A DNA stretch of 63,588 nt, the filler included, from Globobulimina sp. (taxonomy: Eukaryota): NCBI GenBank assembly GCA_003354225.1. It is 44 parts of 44 records of this genome, joined end to end, with 100 filler letters (N's around TTAATTAATTAA, not from the genome) between each part and the next. Parts side by side here need not be neighbours in the genome. Positions count along the whole stretch, not along the records: positions 46,326 to 47,672 come from PIVH01018206.1; positions 47,773 to 49,119 come from PIVH01018207.1; positions 49,220 to 50,566 come from PIVH01018208.1; positions 50,667 to 52,013 come from PIVH01018209.1; positions 52,114 to 53,460 come from PIVH01018210.1; positions 53,561 to 54,907 come from PIVH01018211.1; positions 55,008 to 56,354 come from PIVH01018212.1; positions 56,455 to 57,801 come from PIVH01018213.1; 36 more parts are not named here. The stretch is one strand, 5' to 3'. The stretch's first letter is position 1. Each line of letters opens with the position of its first letter. The notes beneath the pieces were generated by a model that did no database searches, was not told where the DNA came from, and saw only the letters and a list, made by a program, of their open reading frames with translations. Shown here piece by piece: positions 46,769 through 59,348 of this stretch. Made by a program: the position numbers and the translations under genes.

Positions 46769-46967
46769 TTAATTATTTCTTTTTATTGTAACAATATAAT
46801 AACAAAAAACTTCAATTCTGAAGTTGATTCGATCAATTGCTCATGTTTCACATCATGATTATAAATCACAATTTGCAACACTTGAACATCCGGCAAAATT
46901 AGATAATTTCCACATCCAACCATTTTATCTATTTTTGTGTCTTACGATGTAGTTAATTCTTAGCAAA

Positions 46968-47672
46968 ATGAATTTAAAATATACCCTATTTACTTTATTG
47001 GCAATTCTCTTTATTTCAACAGTTGGAAGCCAGACATTACCTAATGAGAACTTTGTTTCGGGAGAGGTAATGGTCCAGCTGAAAACAAATACAGAATTGC
47101 CTGCATTATTGAGCAAATATAATCTCACTGAAAAACATGTAGTCTCAAATAGGTTTAACATATACTTACTCAATTTTGATAATAAGCGAACAAACAATAC
47201 TTCAGTTATAAGTTTGTTGGAGAGTGATAAATCAATTGTAAATGTGCAAAACAATCACAACATCAGTTTGCGGGAAGTAAACGAAACTTTCCCAGATGAT
47301 GATCTCTTTGATAGTCAGTGGTCATTGTTAAACACTGGCCAGGGGAGTGGGTATGCTGGCGCTGATATTGATGCAACTTTAGCATGGGATATAACAACAG
47401 GAGGAGTAACTGCTTTGGGTGACACGATTGTGGTTGCGATAATAGATGGGGGCAGTGACCTGAACCATGAAGATCTTGATTTTTGGAAAAACCGTGATGA
47501 AATACCCAACAATAGTATTGACGATGATAACAATGGGTATGTTGACGATTATGATGGATGGAATGCCTATAATCATAGCGGAACAATTCCAAATCATGTC
47601 CATGGTGTTCACGTATGCGGTATCGCCGGGGCAATTGGAAATAATGGCTTAGGCATAGCTGGTGTTAACTGG
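46968..47672 (+). CDS. S8 subtilisin-like serine peptidase (Bacteroidota-type), 3'-partial
   Basis: Signal peptide; VAIIDGG (Asp); DDDNNGYVDD; HGVHVCGIAGA (His). Confidence 0.92.
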
Positions 47673-47772
47673 NNNNNNNNNNNNNNNNNNNNNNNNNNNN
47701 NNNNNNNNNNNNNNNNTTAATTAATTAANNNNNNNNNNNNNNNNNNNNNNNNNNNNNNNNNNNNNNNNNNNN

Positions 47773-49119
47773 TCTTGATAATAATGAATCCAAAAACGCA
47801 TTAAATAGTCCAACCATTCCATCATTATTTAGTCCAATGACCAAAAATGCGCAATATAGATATAAGTCAAATTTAAAAGACTTAATCCGTGGACATAAAA
47901 TTGAAAAAGCAAAAGAAAATCGCAAATTACAACAATTATTAAAAGGCGATCGTATATATGCAACTCGCGAAGAACGTGTATTAAAACGTTGGGACCAACA
48001 ACAAAAACAATGGAGCTCACTCAAGAAAAATATTGCACAAAAAATCGGAAAAACGCAAAAAGAATTAGTCATCACTCGAGCGGAAGAATGGAGAGAAACG
48101 ATCGAAGAAATTGACTTAATGAGCAAATCCATACCAAACTCATCAATGTCCGCCAATCATTGGCAATATTCATTGCGGAAAAAAACTGGAAATGAAGAAA
48201 GTACGTATTTAGTACCAATCGGCAATATGTTTTCTGGCTTATATTGCAAAGTAACACAGAATCCTCGAAAACCAATGAAAGAAACTGTGCGAAAACCAAG
48301 GAAATCCACAAAAAATACAAATCCAAATCATTATAATTTACCGGGGAAAGGTGCGGCATCCAAACATTGGCGAGAACGGTCTGTGACTTATCTATTTCGG
48401 AAACGATTACACAAAAAAATGTGCAAACTAAAACCAAATAATTTGGATGAATTGGATGGATTAGAGATTGTTGGAAGTAATATGTTCAATATTTGTAAAT
48501 TAAAATTACCGTCATATTCGTATGAACGATTAAATGAAAACAAATCGCAAAAACCCAAAAAAAATGAAAATAATTCCGAGATGGACAGTTATTTTGATGA
48601 TGAATCATATCAATTTGTGCAGCATGAAAACATTCCAATTATTGGACCTTGCCTTCAATTTATGCCTGAAAATATTATTTTATTTAATGCGTCGTTGTAT
48701 GAAGAACAAATAAAAGTGCTTGAAATTAAAAATGTAGGAACAACTGCTATGTTATTACGATTTGAAAATGTTGAACAAATATTTGTTGAGTACTTGCGTT
48801 CTATTTATATGATACAAGATGTTGTAATAATATTTGTATACATATACATTATACAGGAAGACGCTGCGAAATTTATGTATCCAACCGAGCAATTTTCGAT
48901 TTTGCCAGGAGATACTAAATGCATTGCTTTCTATTTTAAACCCTCGAAACCAGGATCATATCATTTGGTTATAGGGCTTGAATCGTCTCCATGTATATCA
49001 CAAAAATATATCGAGTTACAGGCAATGTGTCGCATTGATGATGAAGATAAGATACATCGTCAGCGATTTATAAAACAAATGACAACTAATCAGTTTAGTA
49101 ATGTGTTGTTGTTGTTGAT
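47773..49119 (+). CDS. MYCBPAP: MYCBP-associated protein-like, partial; in-frame intron 48785-48856
   Basis: R..RVL.RW....KQW...ELVI.R.EEWRE..EE...W..SLR...IGN.FSGLY, followed by an Ig-like I.N.GTTA domain. Confidence 0.75.
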
Positions 49120-49219
49120 NNNNNNNNNNNNNNNNNNNNNNNNNNNNNNNNNNNNNNNNNNNNTTAATTAATTAANNNNNNNNNNNNNNNNNNNNNNNNN
49201 NNNNNNNNNNNNNNNNNNN

Positions 49220-50323
49220 CAATTGCTCACCATCACAGACTCCAATTTCATATTCAATTCGGTGGAGAATTCGATGCAAAATTACGTGATTCCTGACATC
49301 GAACATCATATCACATCCAACACGCTTTGGTACTCGTCATTGTACACTGAATACATGACATTCAACTCTATATTTGCTGCATTGTTTGGCTGTACTATCG
49401 ATTTGCACATCGAGGACGAAGACAATTTCTTCACAAAATGGAGGCAAATAATCAATGCATTGGGTCGATTGAAGTCGAAGCTCCATATTTTGGACATGGG
49501 CGGATTGACTGCACCGCAATGGATCGCTAATTTGTTGGCGCGTGGCACCAACATTGAACATGGCATCGACGCCCTGATTATTGCCTGGATGCAACAGAAT
49601 GGATTCCGCATTGATTTGGAAAAGGGCACGATTTCCACAGCTCGCAACAGTAAAAATTCATTTTGCCATGCAATGATTGAAAAAATTAACCAACAAAACA
49701 ATGGTGTAACTGATTACAGTGTGGGAGCGTTGATAGCTGATTTGGGAACGTATTTGATTTCTGGATATCATACAACATCGAATTGTGCTGATTATGGACT
49801 TTTGTTACTCGCTCAAAACGTTGATTTACAGAACGAAATATATAAAGAATTGGATGCTAGCAATGTTATTACAGAAACGCATTTATTTCGCGCATTTATC
49901 TTCGAAGCAGTGCGTTTAGCGACGATCCTTCCCATTGGTTTGCCACATTTTGTGGATGCAGATATTTTTTGTGGTGAGGCGGTTGGTTGTGTTATACCGA
50001 AAGGTTCAACAGTTTTAATTAATCATTTATATGTTCATAAGTCGAATAATGGTTATTGGCGAAATGAATTGCAAGTAAATAAATGGTTGGATGGTAAGGG
50101 TAAATTCAAAATGAATTCAAATTTTGTGATGTTTGGCTATGGGAAAAGGGACTGTATTGGAAAAACATTGGCGATCAAACAATTGTATGCAATGTTTGCT
50201 GCATTAATAAGACGATATAGGTTTGCATTGGATGGAGAGTCTAAGGATTTGGAGATTAAACAAAGATGGCATGCTTTGTTAGAGGTTCATCCTAAAGTTC
50301 GGATTGCAATTATAAGACGATAA
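49220..50323 (+). CDS. Cytochrome P450, 5'-partial
   Basis: I-helix SGYHTT, ExxR motif (EAVR), PKGS and heme motif FGYGKRDCIG. Confidence 0.93.
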   Translation, partial: QLLTITDSNFIFNSVENSMQNYVIPDIEHHITSNTLWYSSLYTEYMTFNSIFAALFGCTIDLHIEDEDNFFTKWRQIINALGRLKSKLHILDMGGLTAPQWIANLLARGTNIEHGIDALIIAWMQQNGFRIDLEKGTISTARNSKNSFCHAMIEKINQQNNGVTDYSVGALIADLGTYLISGYHTTSNCADYGLLLLAQNVDLQNEIYKELDASNVITETHLFRAFIFEAVRLATILPIGLPHFVDADIFCGEAVGCVIPKGSTVLINHLYVHKSNNGYWRNELQVNKWLDGKGKFKMNSNFVMFGYGKRDCIGKTLAIKQLYAMFAALIRRYRFALDGESKDLEIKQRWHALLEVHPKVRIAIIRR

Positions 50324-50666
50324 TACAACTCGATCTACAGATAGATGACCTGTAAAATATGAAATAATTTGAATTTATATTGTATTAAACGATCAGATCA
50401 CTGTTAGAAAACATTAAACGATGACAACTATTGACCAAAACTTCATTGTGGTGATCGGATTTGAATTTTTGCAGTTGATCGACCACAATGAAATTTTGTC
50501 AATTAGTTGATTTCTTAAAGTCAAAACAAATTTATAATTGAATTTTAGGTATACAAAGGGGGGGGGNNNNNNNNNNNNNNNNNNNNNNNNNNNNNNNNNN
50601 NNNNNNNNNNTTAATTAATTAANNNNNNNNNNNNNNNNNNNNNNNNNNNNNNNNNNNNNNNNNNNN

Positions 50667-51951
50667 AGCATATTAATTCCAAATATAAAAATGATAAATT
50701 AAAATATAACTCCAGCGTATGTTTTGCCCAGAAATGGTATACGTTTCCCAAAGCATTTGGCATGAAAGAATTTAAATTGATTGGCAACGTTATTTTAGAA
50801 TTAAGCAAATTGAATAAATTTGATAGAATTATAAATGTAGAAGCAATTAGCCACAACACAATGTATGGAGACTTAGGACCAGCTTTATTTTGGATGGTAC
50901 CTTTATTGTCCAACCAATTTACAAATTTAATTACCTTTGAAGGATTTGAGTGTCACAACTGTGATAATCAGGGAATACGTTATATTGATGATTATAACAT
51001 TTTGTCTGATATGATATTACGAGATAAAATAATATCAATTCATTTAGGTTTCTATGCAAAAAGTTTGGTTGGCGCTCAAAATGGATATACAAGTAATGAA
51101 ATATGGGATGATGCAGATAATAAATTTAATATTGATCCCGTACGATTAGTCAATGCAATTAAATCAACAAACACTTTGAAAGAAATCAATTTAATGGGTT
51201 CGATAAGAAATCATCAAAGCAGCTATATATTGGAGCGTATGTTAAAAGAGGCGCTGTCGCTCAATTTTTCCGTTACAATATTAACTTGCAAAGGCAATTC
51301 AGGCACTGTGGTGGATATGAATGGTCCTTACAAACCAAGGAGTTTCGACTGGGAAACCACGATCGATGAAGCGTTGCATGCGAAATATGTGAAATGGTGG
51401 CCAATGATAAAAAAAAGAAATGAAGAATCACAAATGTTCAATAGGATAATAAGTGGCGATGAAAAAGATGATGGGATTTGGAACAATCATAAATGTCCAC
51501 AAGATATTGCGAATAAAATATTAAGAAATCATTTTGCGTCCGTTGCAAAATCAAAAACACTTTTTGATGACAAAGGGAATAAATGTTTTTGCGTTAAATG
51601 TCATAATTTAAGAAATGATAATTTAATCCATCAAAGAGGTGAACCATTGATGAAGTATTCATTGCCGATCGAATGGACGCGGTTTGGATTAAAAATAAAG
51701 AAAAACGAAGCTGAAAGCAGTGAAATATGGGAAAAATGGCATGTTGCGTTTCATGGAACAACCAAAAAGGCAGTAAATGAAATATTCGCATCGGATTTAA
51801 AATTATTAAAATCCGGTGATACCACAGATGAAGGGCATAAAATAGAAATTCGCAAAAATCATATTTCAAAATCATTTCAACGATATAATAAATTTACGAA
51901 TAAAAAAGAAATGTTTAATCCGCATCAAATATATATGTCTCCATCGATAAA
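50667..51951 (+). CDS. LRR-like N-terminus plus NEURL4-like ADP-ribosyltransferase domain; probable intron 51952-52013; partial
   Basis: CFCVKCH...RGEP..KYSLPIEWTRFGL...WHVAFHGT...IYMSPSIK. Confidence 0.8.
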
Positions 51952-52124
51952 GTTAATATATACTATATATATAATAATAAATAATAATATTATATACAAA
52001 TAATAAAATGTAGNNNNNNNNNNNNNNNNNNNNNNNNNNNNNNNNNNNNNNNNNNNNTTAATTAATTAANNNNNNNNNNNNNNNNNNNNNNNNNNNNNNN
52101 NNNNNNNNNNNNNTGTGAATTAGA

Positions 52125-52232
52125 CTATGATATGATCAAAATATGTCCTATTTACACGCAAAATATGTGTTTGATCATATTATGATCATATATCATGATC
52201 ATATTGGTCATATCATGGTCATATTGATCATA
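52125..52232. repeat. Degenerate (A)TGATCAT(AT) micro-repeat
   Basis: Several TGATCATAT/TGGTCATAT units in about 100 bp. Confidence 0.65.
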
Positions 52233-52249
52233 GCGTCTTCATCTTACCC

Positions 52250-52535
52250 GATACATCACTGTATGGCAATGCATGCGAAGCTGATTGTGATTTAGCAACG
52301 GAATGTGTGAGTGGTGAATGTGAGTCGTCAGTATGTATATGTACACGAGAATATTTCCCAGTGTGTTGTCCAGCGGCAGAAAGGGCACAATGTGATGAAC
52401 AATATGGAAATGCGTGTACTGCCGCCTGTGTGTCAAGAATACTGCAGAATTAATTGCTTGCACTCAATTATGCTCCAGCTGTGTAACGCATAGTAATGAA
52501 TGTAATGCGCGATGTTCTGGTGTGGACTGTGGATG
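52250..52535 (+). pseudogene. Degenerate tandem Kazal-type protease-inhibitor repeats
   Basis: Manual translation: YGNACEADC...CICTREYFPVCC...YGNACTAAC, then stops and a shifted frame with LNYAP and SNECNARC. Confidence 0.65.
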
Positions 52536-53560
52536 ATTTAGGATTGTGTACAGAGGGCGAATGCTGCTGAATTCAGATACCTTTGTGCATGTTTTCATCA
52601 TCATAACAAGCGTTATTTTTGTCTGAAATATACCAACATTTCCCTTTATTTGCATATCAACCTTCTCGGCGATTTTATTTTCTTTGCTTTTAATTATTTC
52701 TACACTTTCGTCTGAAGAAACTGGTGGTGAATCATCATCGTTAGTACTGATACATTCGACCTACTATACATCCACCACAAGAGCACAATCTGCCTAACCA
52801 ACCCACAGGACAGGCACGGGACATTCGCCATTAATATTACAATCTTTTTGGTGCAACTGTTCTCCGATCACAGATCACAACCAGTAATGCTAACACATGT
52901 AATTAGTGACCCGTGCATTTAGATTTCTGCTGGTGAATATTCAGTCAAGCTTTTGGAAAACTGCAGAAAACTGTACGTTACCATCGACCATTTCACAGGA
53001 AGCAAAAAGTTAATTGCAATTTAGACCTGAGTTGTGGGCTTTTAACGCAAGCTTATTTAGCACAATAAAAAACCTTTTCTCTGTTCACTTAGCTTTGACC
53101 ATGCAAACATGATGGTGGCCTAAAGCAGACATGTTCTTTTACATTCTTGACGAAGATGAAAAAGATGAGATATTATTAGAATCGGATATTGATATGGCCG
53201 ATGAGACGAATGATAGTAATGAACTAGAAATAAGTCCAGAACAAGCTGAAAATAATAATATTCACATTAATTCAGCAAATGCAGAGCCTGGAAACATAAA
53301 TCTTTTCCTTTTTTTCCTTGAACTTGCACTTGTTGTAATTGTTGCAATTGCTGTGCTTTTTGGAGTTGTTGTTGTTTTTTTCTTCTCTCTTCTCGGATGC
53401 TTTCAAACCATGGATGTTTCATTGCATTCTCGCAGGTAATGCGTAGTGCGGGATTTTTTANNNNNNNNNNNNNNNNNNNNNNNNNNNNNNNNNNNNNNNN
53501 NNNNTTAATTAATTAANNNNNNNNNNNNNNNNNNNNNNNNNNNNNNNNNNNNNNNNNNNN

Positions 53561-53987
53561 TTTGTTTAATTAAATCAACGACATGTTTCATGTTATAAAT
53601 ATTTGATAATTTATGGCGATATTGTTGTTTTTTATTTTCTTTATTTTCTTGCTGAATTTTATCACCATATTTTGCTTCGAGTTGCTCAAAAATATCTATT
53701 GGCATCTTTTCAACCAAAGTACTAAGTACATCTTTTGGAATATTATCTAGATTTGTGTCAGGTGGCAAGTTTATGCTTTTCAGCACTGTCGCTAATGTTA
53801 ATTGTGGTGTTGTTTGAATTGGTATTAATTGTTGACCGTCTTCATTTAGCTCTAAATCATCCCAATCTCCATCGTCTTGTCCATCTTCATCAAAATCAGG
53901 ATCACAATCACAATCACAATCACAATCACAAGACCACATCAGTATGTACTGCAGGTTTTTTTTTCTTAACTGGAATAAAGTAACCAT
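53561..53987 (-). CDS. Hypothetical acidic protein with a (CD)n repeat, 3'-partial
   Basis: SCDCDCDCDCDPDFDED encoded by (TGTGAT)n; true start uncertain. Confidence 0.5.
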
Positions 53988-54008
53988 TTTTGCAACGCAG
54001 CTAGTAGA

Positions 54009-54907
54009 ATGTCAGTGATTGTCGAAGATTTGCGTGGTTTATGGAAAGTATTGCAACCTGTTAAATACCAATATGGTTTACTAATATTTCAAGTAATGTT
54101 AGTCGGCGGTTCATTTGGTTTAACATTTTTCCCTTTGGGCTTCGTAGGCGGTCCTGATGAAGAGGATGAGTTTTACGTTGGATTATATATGATATCACAT
54201 GCCCATATATTTACATACGGTGTCACAAAAGCAGTATCAAATTTATTTGCAGGTTTATTGTCAGACACTTTTGGTCGTAAAATGCCACATATAGCTGGTT
54301 GGATAATTGGTTTAATTACACCAATAATGATAATATTTGCTACTAATTGGAACACGGTCGTTGCATCGATGTTATTTTTAGGTTTACAGCAAGCATTAAC
54401 ATGGTCGACTGACTTATTTATGATGATTGACTATGCGGGCACTAAGCACCGAGGTATTGCTGTTGGAATGAATGAAACCATGGGATATTGTGCGGTTGCA
54501 ATATTTAATTTATTTGCGGCAATATTGATGGAGAGCGATCCCAATGGTAAATATAGAACAAATCCGTATTATTTATGCATAGCTATAATGACTTTAGGTT
54601 TAATTATAGCGTTTTTCTTGAAAGAAACGTTAGCTGTTATGATTAAAATGGAAAAAGAGGAATTATCAGGGATTGAATTTACAAAAACAAAATCAAACGA
54701 TGATGCGGTTGTGGATGACGTTGAATTATCCAAATTCAAAGTGTTTTTAGATGTATCTTTTTTTAAAAGTCGATTGGTTGCATGTTCCCAAGCTGGTTTG
54801 ATGACAAATTTTATAGTTGGTTTAGCTTGGACTTTTTTAGTAAAGTGGATGAAAAATGATTTTGATTCAAACACAATCAGTGGTACTTTGCTAGGTATAT
54901 ATATATG
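54009..54907 (+). CDS. MFS transporter, 3'-partial
   Basis: YGVTKA.SNLFAG.LSD.FGRK (motif A), LGLQQALTWS, RGIAVGMNE..GY and CSQAGL..N. Confidence 0.88.
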
Positions 54908-55007
54908 NNNNNNNNNNNNNNNNNNNNNNNNNNNNNNNNNNNNNNNNNNNNTTAATTAATTAANNNNNNNNNNNNNNNNNNNNNNNNNNNNNNNNNNNNN
55001 NNNNNNN

Positions 55008-55283
55008 TTTAACTTCATCCAATTCGTTGCTATGTGTTGCTAATAAATGATAATAATCATCCAACACAAAAACACCATACACATTTAAACAAAAATCACT
55101 CCATTCCACCACTGATTTATTCTTATTATTGTAATATTTTAACGCAAATGCTAATCGTTGTAAATGTTGACAGTTATCGATAATATCAGTTGTTGTATGA
55201 TTACAATTCATTTCAGTTTGTTTGCATAAAATTAATTTTTCATCATGATCATTTTCTGGAAATGTCTGTTTAACGCAAGCCAT
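55008..55283 (-). CDS. Hypothetical protein N-terminus, 3'-partial
   Basis: C...IDNC..LQRL..ALKYY...LDDYYHLL..H; open to the contig edge. Confidence 0.5.
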
Positions 55284-55338
55284 GGTGTCTACATAAAGAT
55301 TTTATTGAAGTGAAGTTAGTCAACAGTTCGGTCAAACA

Positions 55339-56354
55339 ATGTTAGGACGATTGAAATCAAACAAAAAGCTTAAAACCGTATCAGACCATAAAACACCAGA
55401 AATCGAGGACTACGAATCCAACCGCAACGATTACACTATCATCGGCATCATTGGAAAAGGCGCTTTTGCCAAAGTATATGGCGCGCAATGCATCTCCAAA
55501 CAAAAGAAGAAAGTGGCGATCAAAGTGATCAAATTAGAAACCGACGATGATTACGCCGAGCCGCCCGATGCTAAACGCCTACAAATCTCAGACATCCAGC
55601 AAGAAGCTGCCATAATGAGCCAGTTACGCCATGAAAATATCGTATCCTGCTATGCCTCCTTCGTGGTACGCGACGAACTGTGGTTAATTATGCCCTTTGT
55701 CTCCGGCGGCAGTGTGGCATACATCTTATCCCATTCATTAGCGCAGCACTTTACGCATGGCATCAAAGACGAGCGTATACTATGTTGCATCTTAAAAGAC
55801 ACTCTGAGCGGTATTGCCTATATGCATAATCAAGGCAGAATCCATCGCGACATCAAGGGGCGGAATATATTGATTGACGGCGAAAATGGCACGGCGATGT
55901 TGGCAGATTTCGGTGTATCTGGTGCTTTGTTAGAAGGCGGCTTAAAAAAAAGAGGACGTAACACCGTGACTGGTACGCCGTGCTGGATGGCTCCCGAAGT
56001 GATGAAACAACAGAGATATAATCATAAAGCTGACATATGGTCGTTAGGCATCACTGCGTTGGAGTTGGCCTTCGCCACCACACCGTATACCAAATTAAAA
56101 GCTGCTATGAAGGTTTCTGTTTTTTTATCCTCGCACCCGTTGATTTGTATAGATTTGTATTTGTAGGTTATGATGGAAATAATGGATGGAAAAACGCCCA
56201 CTGTGGATGCCATGGATAGGAATAATAAATTTAGCGGAGCGTTCAAGAAGTTTGTGACAAAATGTTTGGTGAAAGATCCACAGAAACGGTTATCTGCGCA
56301 GGAGTTGTTAGGCACGGAGTTTATAAAAAAAAATGCCAAAGATAGGCAATTTAT
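55339..56354 (+). CDS. STE20-family (OSR1/SPAK-like) protein kinase, intron 56113-56166, 3'-partial
   Basis: GKGAFA, VAIK, ELWLIMPFVSGGS, HRDIKGRN, DFGVS, GTPCWMAPEV and KADIWSLGITALELA. Confidence 0.93.
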
Positions 56355-56566
56355 NNNNNNNNNNNNNNNNNNNNNNNNNNNNNNNNNNNNNNNNNNNNTT
56401 AATTAATTAANNNNNNNNNNNNNNNNNNNNNNNNNNNNNNNNNNNNNNNNNNNNTAGCAAAGGCAGTGATACGTGGCCGGACTCTTGTACTGGCATGCAC
56501 TGGTATACACTGCCACTGGCACCTGTTTACCTGGCCCAGTGTATCAAAGTCTAATGCACCTATCAT

Positions 56567-57801
56567 TTGCCAGTGGTACTGGAATACTTTAAAATAGTGA
56601 CCGATATCGCACCTAAACCGGCACGAAAGAGGCGAAAAAGACGGAGACATAAAGCATTGTCACCATTGGAAGGGTTTAAATTATATTATATGATGGATGA
56701 AGATGACGACATTGATATTGAGCATATGCATGGTGTGAATAACAAAATATATTTAGGAACTATACAACATAATTTCCAATCGGATTCTATCCTCAGTTTA
56801 TTGATACAATTATCGCAAAACTGTGGTGCATTAACGCATCGATGTCAGATCATATTAGAACAGCAATACGTGACTGCGCAGGATGAGGATACCATAGAAA
56901 TGGTGACACAAAACACTCAGAACAGTAAACCCAATGCCACCACACACAAAAGCGAGCAATTGCAGACAGAGCAAACAAGCAACGTACAAACTGCAGAAGA
57001 ACCGGATGGAAACAGCAAAGTAGCACTGTCGAGCCATGTGGCTGTGGCTGCGGATGTGGGCAATGCAGAGATAGCATTTGAGAGCGCCACAAAGGAGAGA
57101 GACGCAGTCGAGATTGTGAGATCATTATTGTCCAAATATCCAGATTTAAGTGCTTGGCTACGAAGTAAACCAAATTATTATGAAGCGGTGCAGACCAACA
57201 ATGGCCACGCCCTGAGCTTCTTAAATAAGTTAGTTTCGAGTCAAACGGAATGGCAGACTGTAATCACACAATTAATCCAAGAAATCAATCAATCACAAAA
57301 ACATAAAATTAAACCAGCGCCGACCAATCTGAATAATGACACCTCTCATTCTCGCGCACCGACTGTAGAAAATACTGCAAATGACACAAAGTGCGATGCA
57401 GAGAGTGATGGCAGTGACACTGGCGAGGATTATGTCGGTAGCGATGAGTTTGTGTCTGGTTTACTGATCGTCACTGTATACTTATCGCGGCAGGTATTTA
57501 TAAAGCGGAATATATTGAAAGCAATCAAACACATTAAAGCATTTGATGCGTTATTGGATATATTGCGCGACAAAGACGAAGTATTAGGCATTACGGAATC
57601 GTTCCCATTGCCCATTAACGACAAGACTGTGATGAAGATAAATATCAATGAGTTTGATACCGGATTATTGTACGAAAAAGTGAAGCCGAAATGGAGTGAG
57701 ATGTGCGTGTCGCAGCCATCCGGTATGGTTTGTACGTTATGGAAATACCAACGCAAGGCAGTCGCGTGGATGTTACGCAGAGAGCAGCGACGTGAGATGG
57801 T
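56567..57801 (+). CDS. SNF2-family helicase (SHPRH/Rad5-like), N-terminal region, partial
   Basis: Ends in the Q-motif TLWKYQRKAVAWMLRRE. Confidence 0.7.
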
Positions 57802-57901
57802 NNNNNNNNNNNNNNNNNNNNNNNNNNNNNNNNNNNNNNNNNNNNTTAATTAATTAANNNNNNNNNNNNNNNNNNNNNNNNNNNNNNNNNNNNNNNNNNN
57901 N

Positions 57902-58295
57902 GTATATATACATGTGCAGTTGGATTGGTTTAGTGAGCACCAATTCAGACACAGATAGCAGCAGATCTCCCTGGACTTGGCTAGAGACCAAAGCAAAATA
58001 CGATTATGAGAGTGGGAGTTTTGAAAATTGGGCAGGTGCTCGTGATGCACCACCCAAATTTTCACAACCAAATGATCGCCATGGCGAACAAGGCTGTACT
58101 GCTGTTTTTAAAGGCGCTCAACGTGTCTGCCAAAAGCTATGTGCTATCCCTGGCGCATTGGACAAACTCAATGGTAATGCTGAAGATGGTACGTGGGATG
58201 ACCGACGTTGCAACGCGAGCTCGTCTTCTATGCATTTTTTTTGCAATGCACCAACTGGGCATATGCATGGAAATAAGGTACGTATACACTGTTAA
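57902..58295 (+). CDS. C-type lectin-like domain, partial
   Basis: WIGL...WTW...NW...QPND...EQGC...WDDRRC...FFC. Confidence 0.8.
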
Positions 58296-58324
58296 TTGTG
58301 TATGAGTAATTTGTTCACTTTCAG

Positions 58325-58643
58325 CGGGAAAAACAAAAAGAAAAATGAACATCACATGGCAAAGTTTATTGAAGAGAATAAGGAAAATGATATTGTTGGT
58401 GATACAGGAAAGGATAATATTAATACGGGTGTGGTTAGGGTGCATTTGGCGGATTCAATTTGTACACATATTTATATTATATGTGGATTCTTTACTGCTA
58501 TAAATGCAACATTAGCATTGTTTAATTTATATTGTTGGTTTTGTATAAAAGGGGAACATAAAGAAACATTTGATGATCTTCCTTCCATCGAAAATGATGC
58601 TCTTACTTCCACCAAAATTGATCAAAATATATATTACGACTGA
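58325..58643 (+). CDS. Possible TM-containing terminal exon of the C-type lectin gene
   Basis: One hydrophobic helix; follows a TTTCAG acceptor, but the splice phase could not be reconciled. Confidence 0.4.
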
Positions 58644-58775
58644 CAATAATGCATATTTAGTGTTTTTTTTTTCTTCATTTTTTTTATTATATTTATGATT
58701 TATTTAGTGTTTACTGTTTAGTTTAGTTTAATTTTCGCAAATGCAAATTTAATGCCGTGGTGATTTTACCGCATT

Positions 58776-59248
58776 ATGAAGAAAAAAAAACAGGTCAAAA
58801 ACTTTAATACTATAGATTCAAATCAGGCGAAACGAATGCAACCAGTGTGGCACGTTAACGTCATTAATTCATATGTGTTGGCTGGCATTTATAAAGGAAA
58901 ACAACCACCTGTTTTTCCACAAGTATTATTATGCATAATTTGTGATTATTGGATAGAATCAGCAGATACAGTGTTATATGAAGGTTGTAATACAGGCATT
59001 GTTGAATCAGTGCGTTGGGCGTTAAAACATGGTGCGTCACCAAATGTATATTATAAACGGAAAGCGTTGACAGAGGACATAACACTTTTGCATTTATGTG
59101 TATCCAAAGGATATTATGAAATTGCTCAAATATTAATTGAATATGATAGATCTTCAGCACATGACATATTTTCATTTGCAGGCGAAACATGTTTACATAT
59201 CGCAGTAACTAATGGTCACTCCGACATGTGCCAATTGTTAGTGTCTCA
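58776..59248 (+). CDS. Ankyrin-repeat protein, 3'-partial
   Basis: TLLHLCVSKGYYEIAQILI and GETCLHIAVTNGHSDMCQLLV. Confidence 0.88.
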
Positions 59249-59348
59249 NNNNNNNNNNNNNNNNNNNNNNNNNNNNNNNNNNNNNNNNNNNNTTAATTAA
59301 TTAANNNNNNNNNNNNNNNNNNNNNNNNNNNNNNNNNNNNNNNNNNNN

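Noticed and set aside
49220-50323. P450nor (CYP55) nitric oxide reductase
   Set aside because: Only generic P450 motifs are visible; nothing specific to CYP55
53131-53439. 102-aa ORF with an acidic region and hydrophobic tail
   Set aside because: The hydrophobic half looks like the antisense of K/Q/T-rich sequence; no coherent gene model could be built
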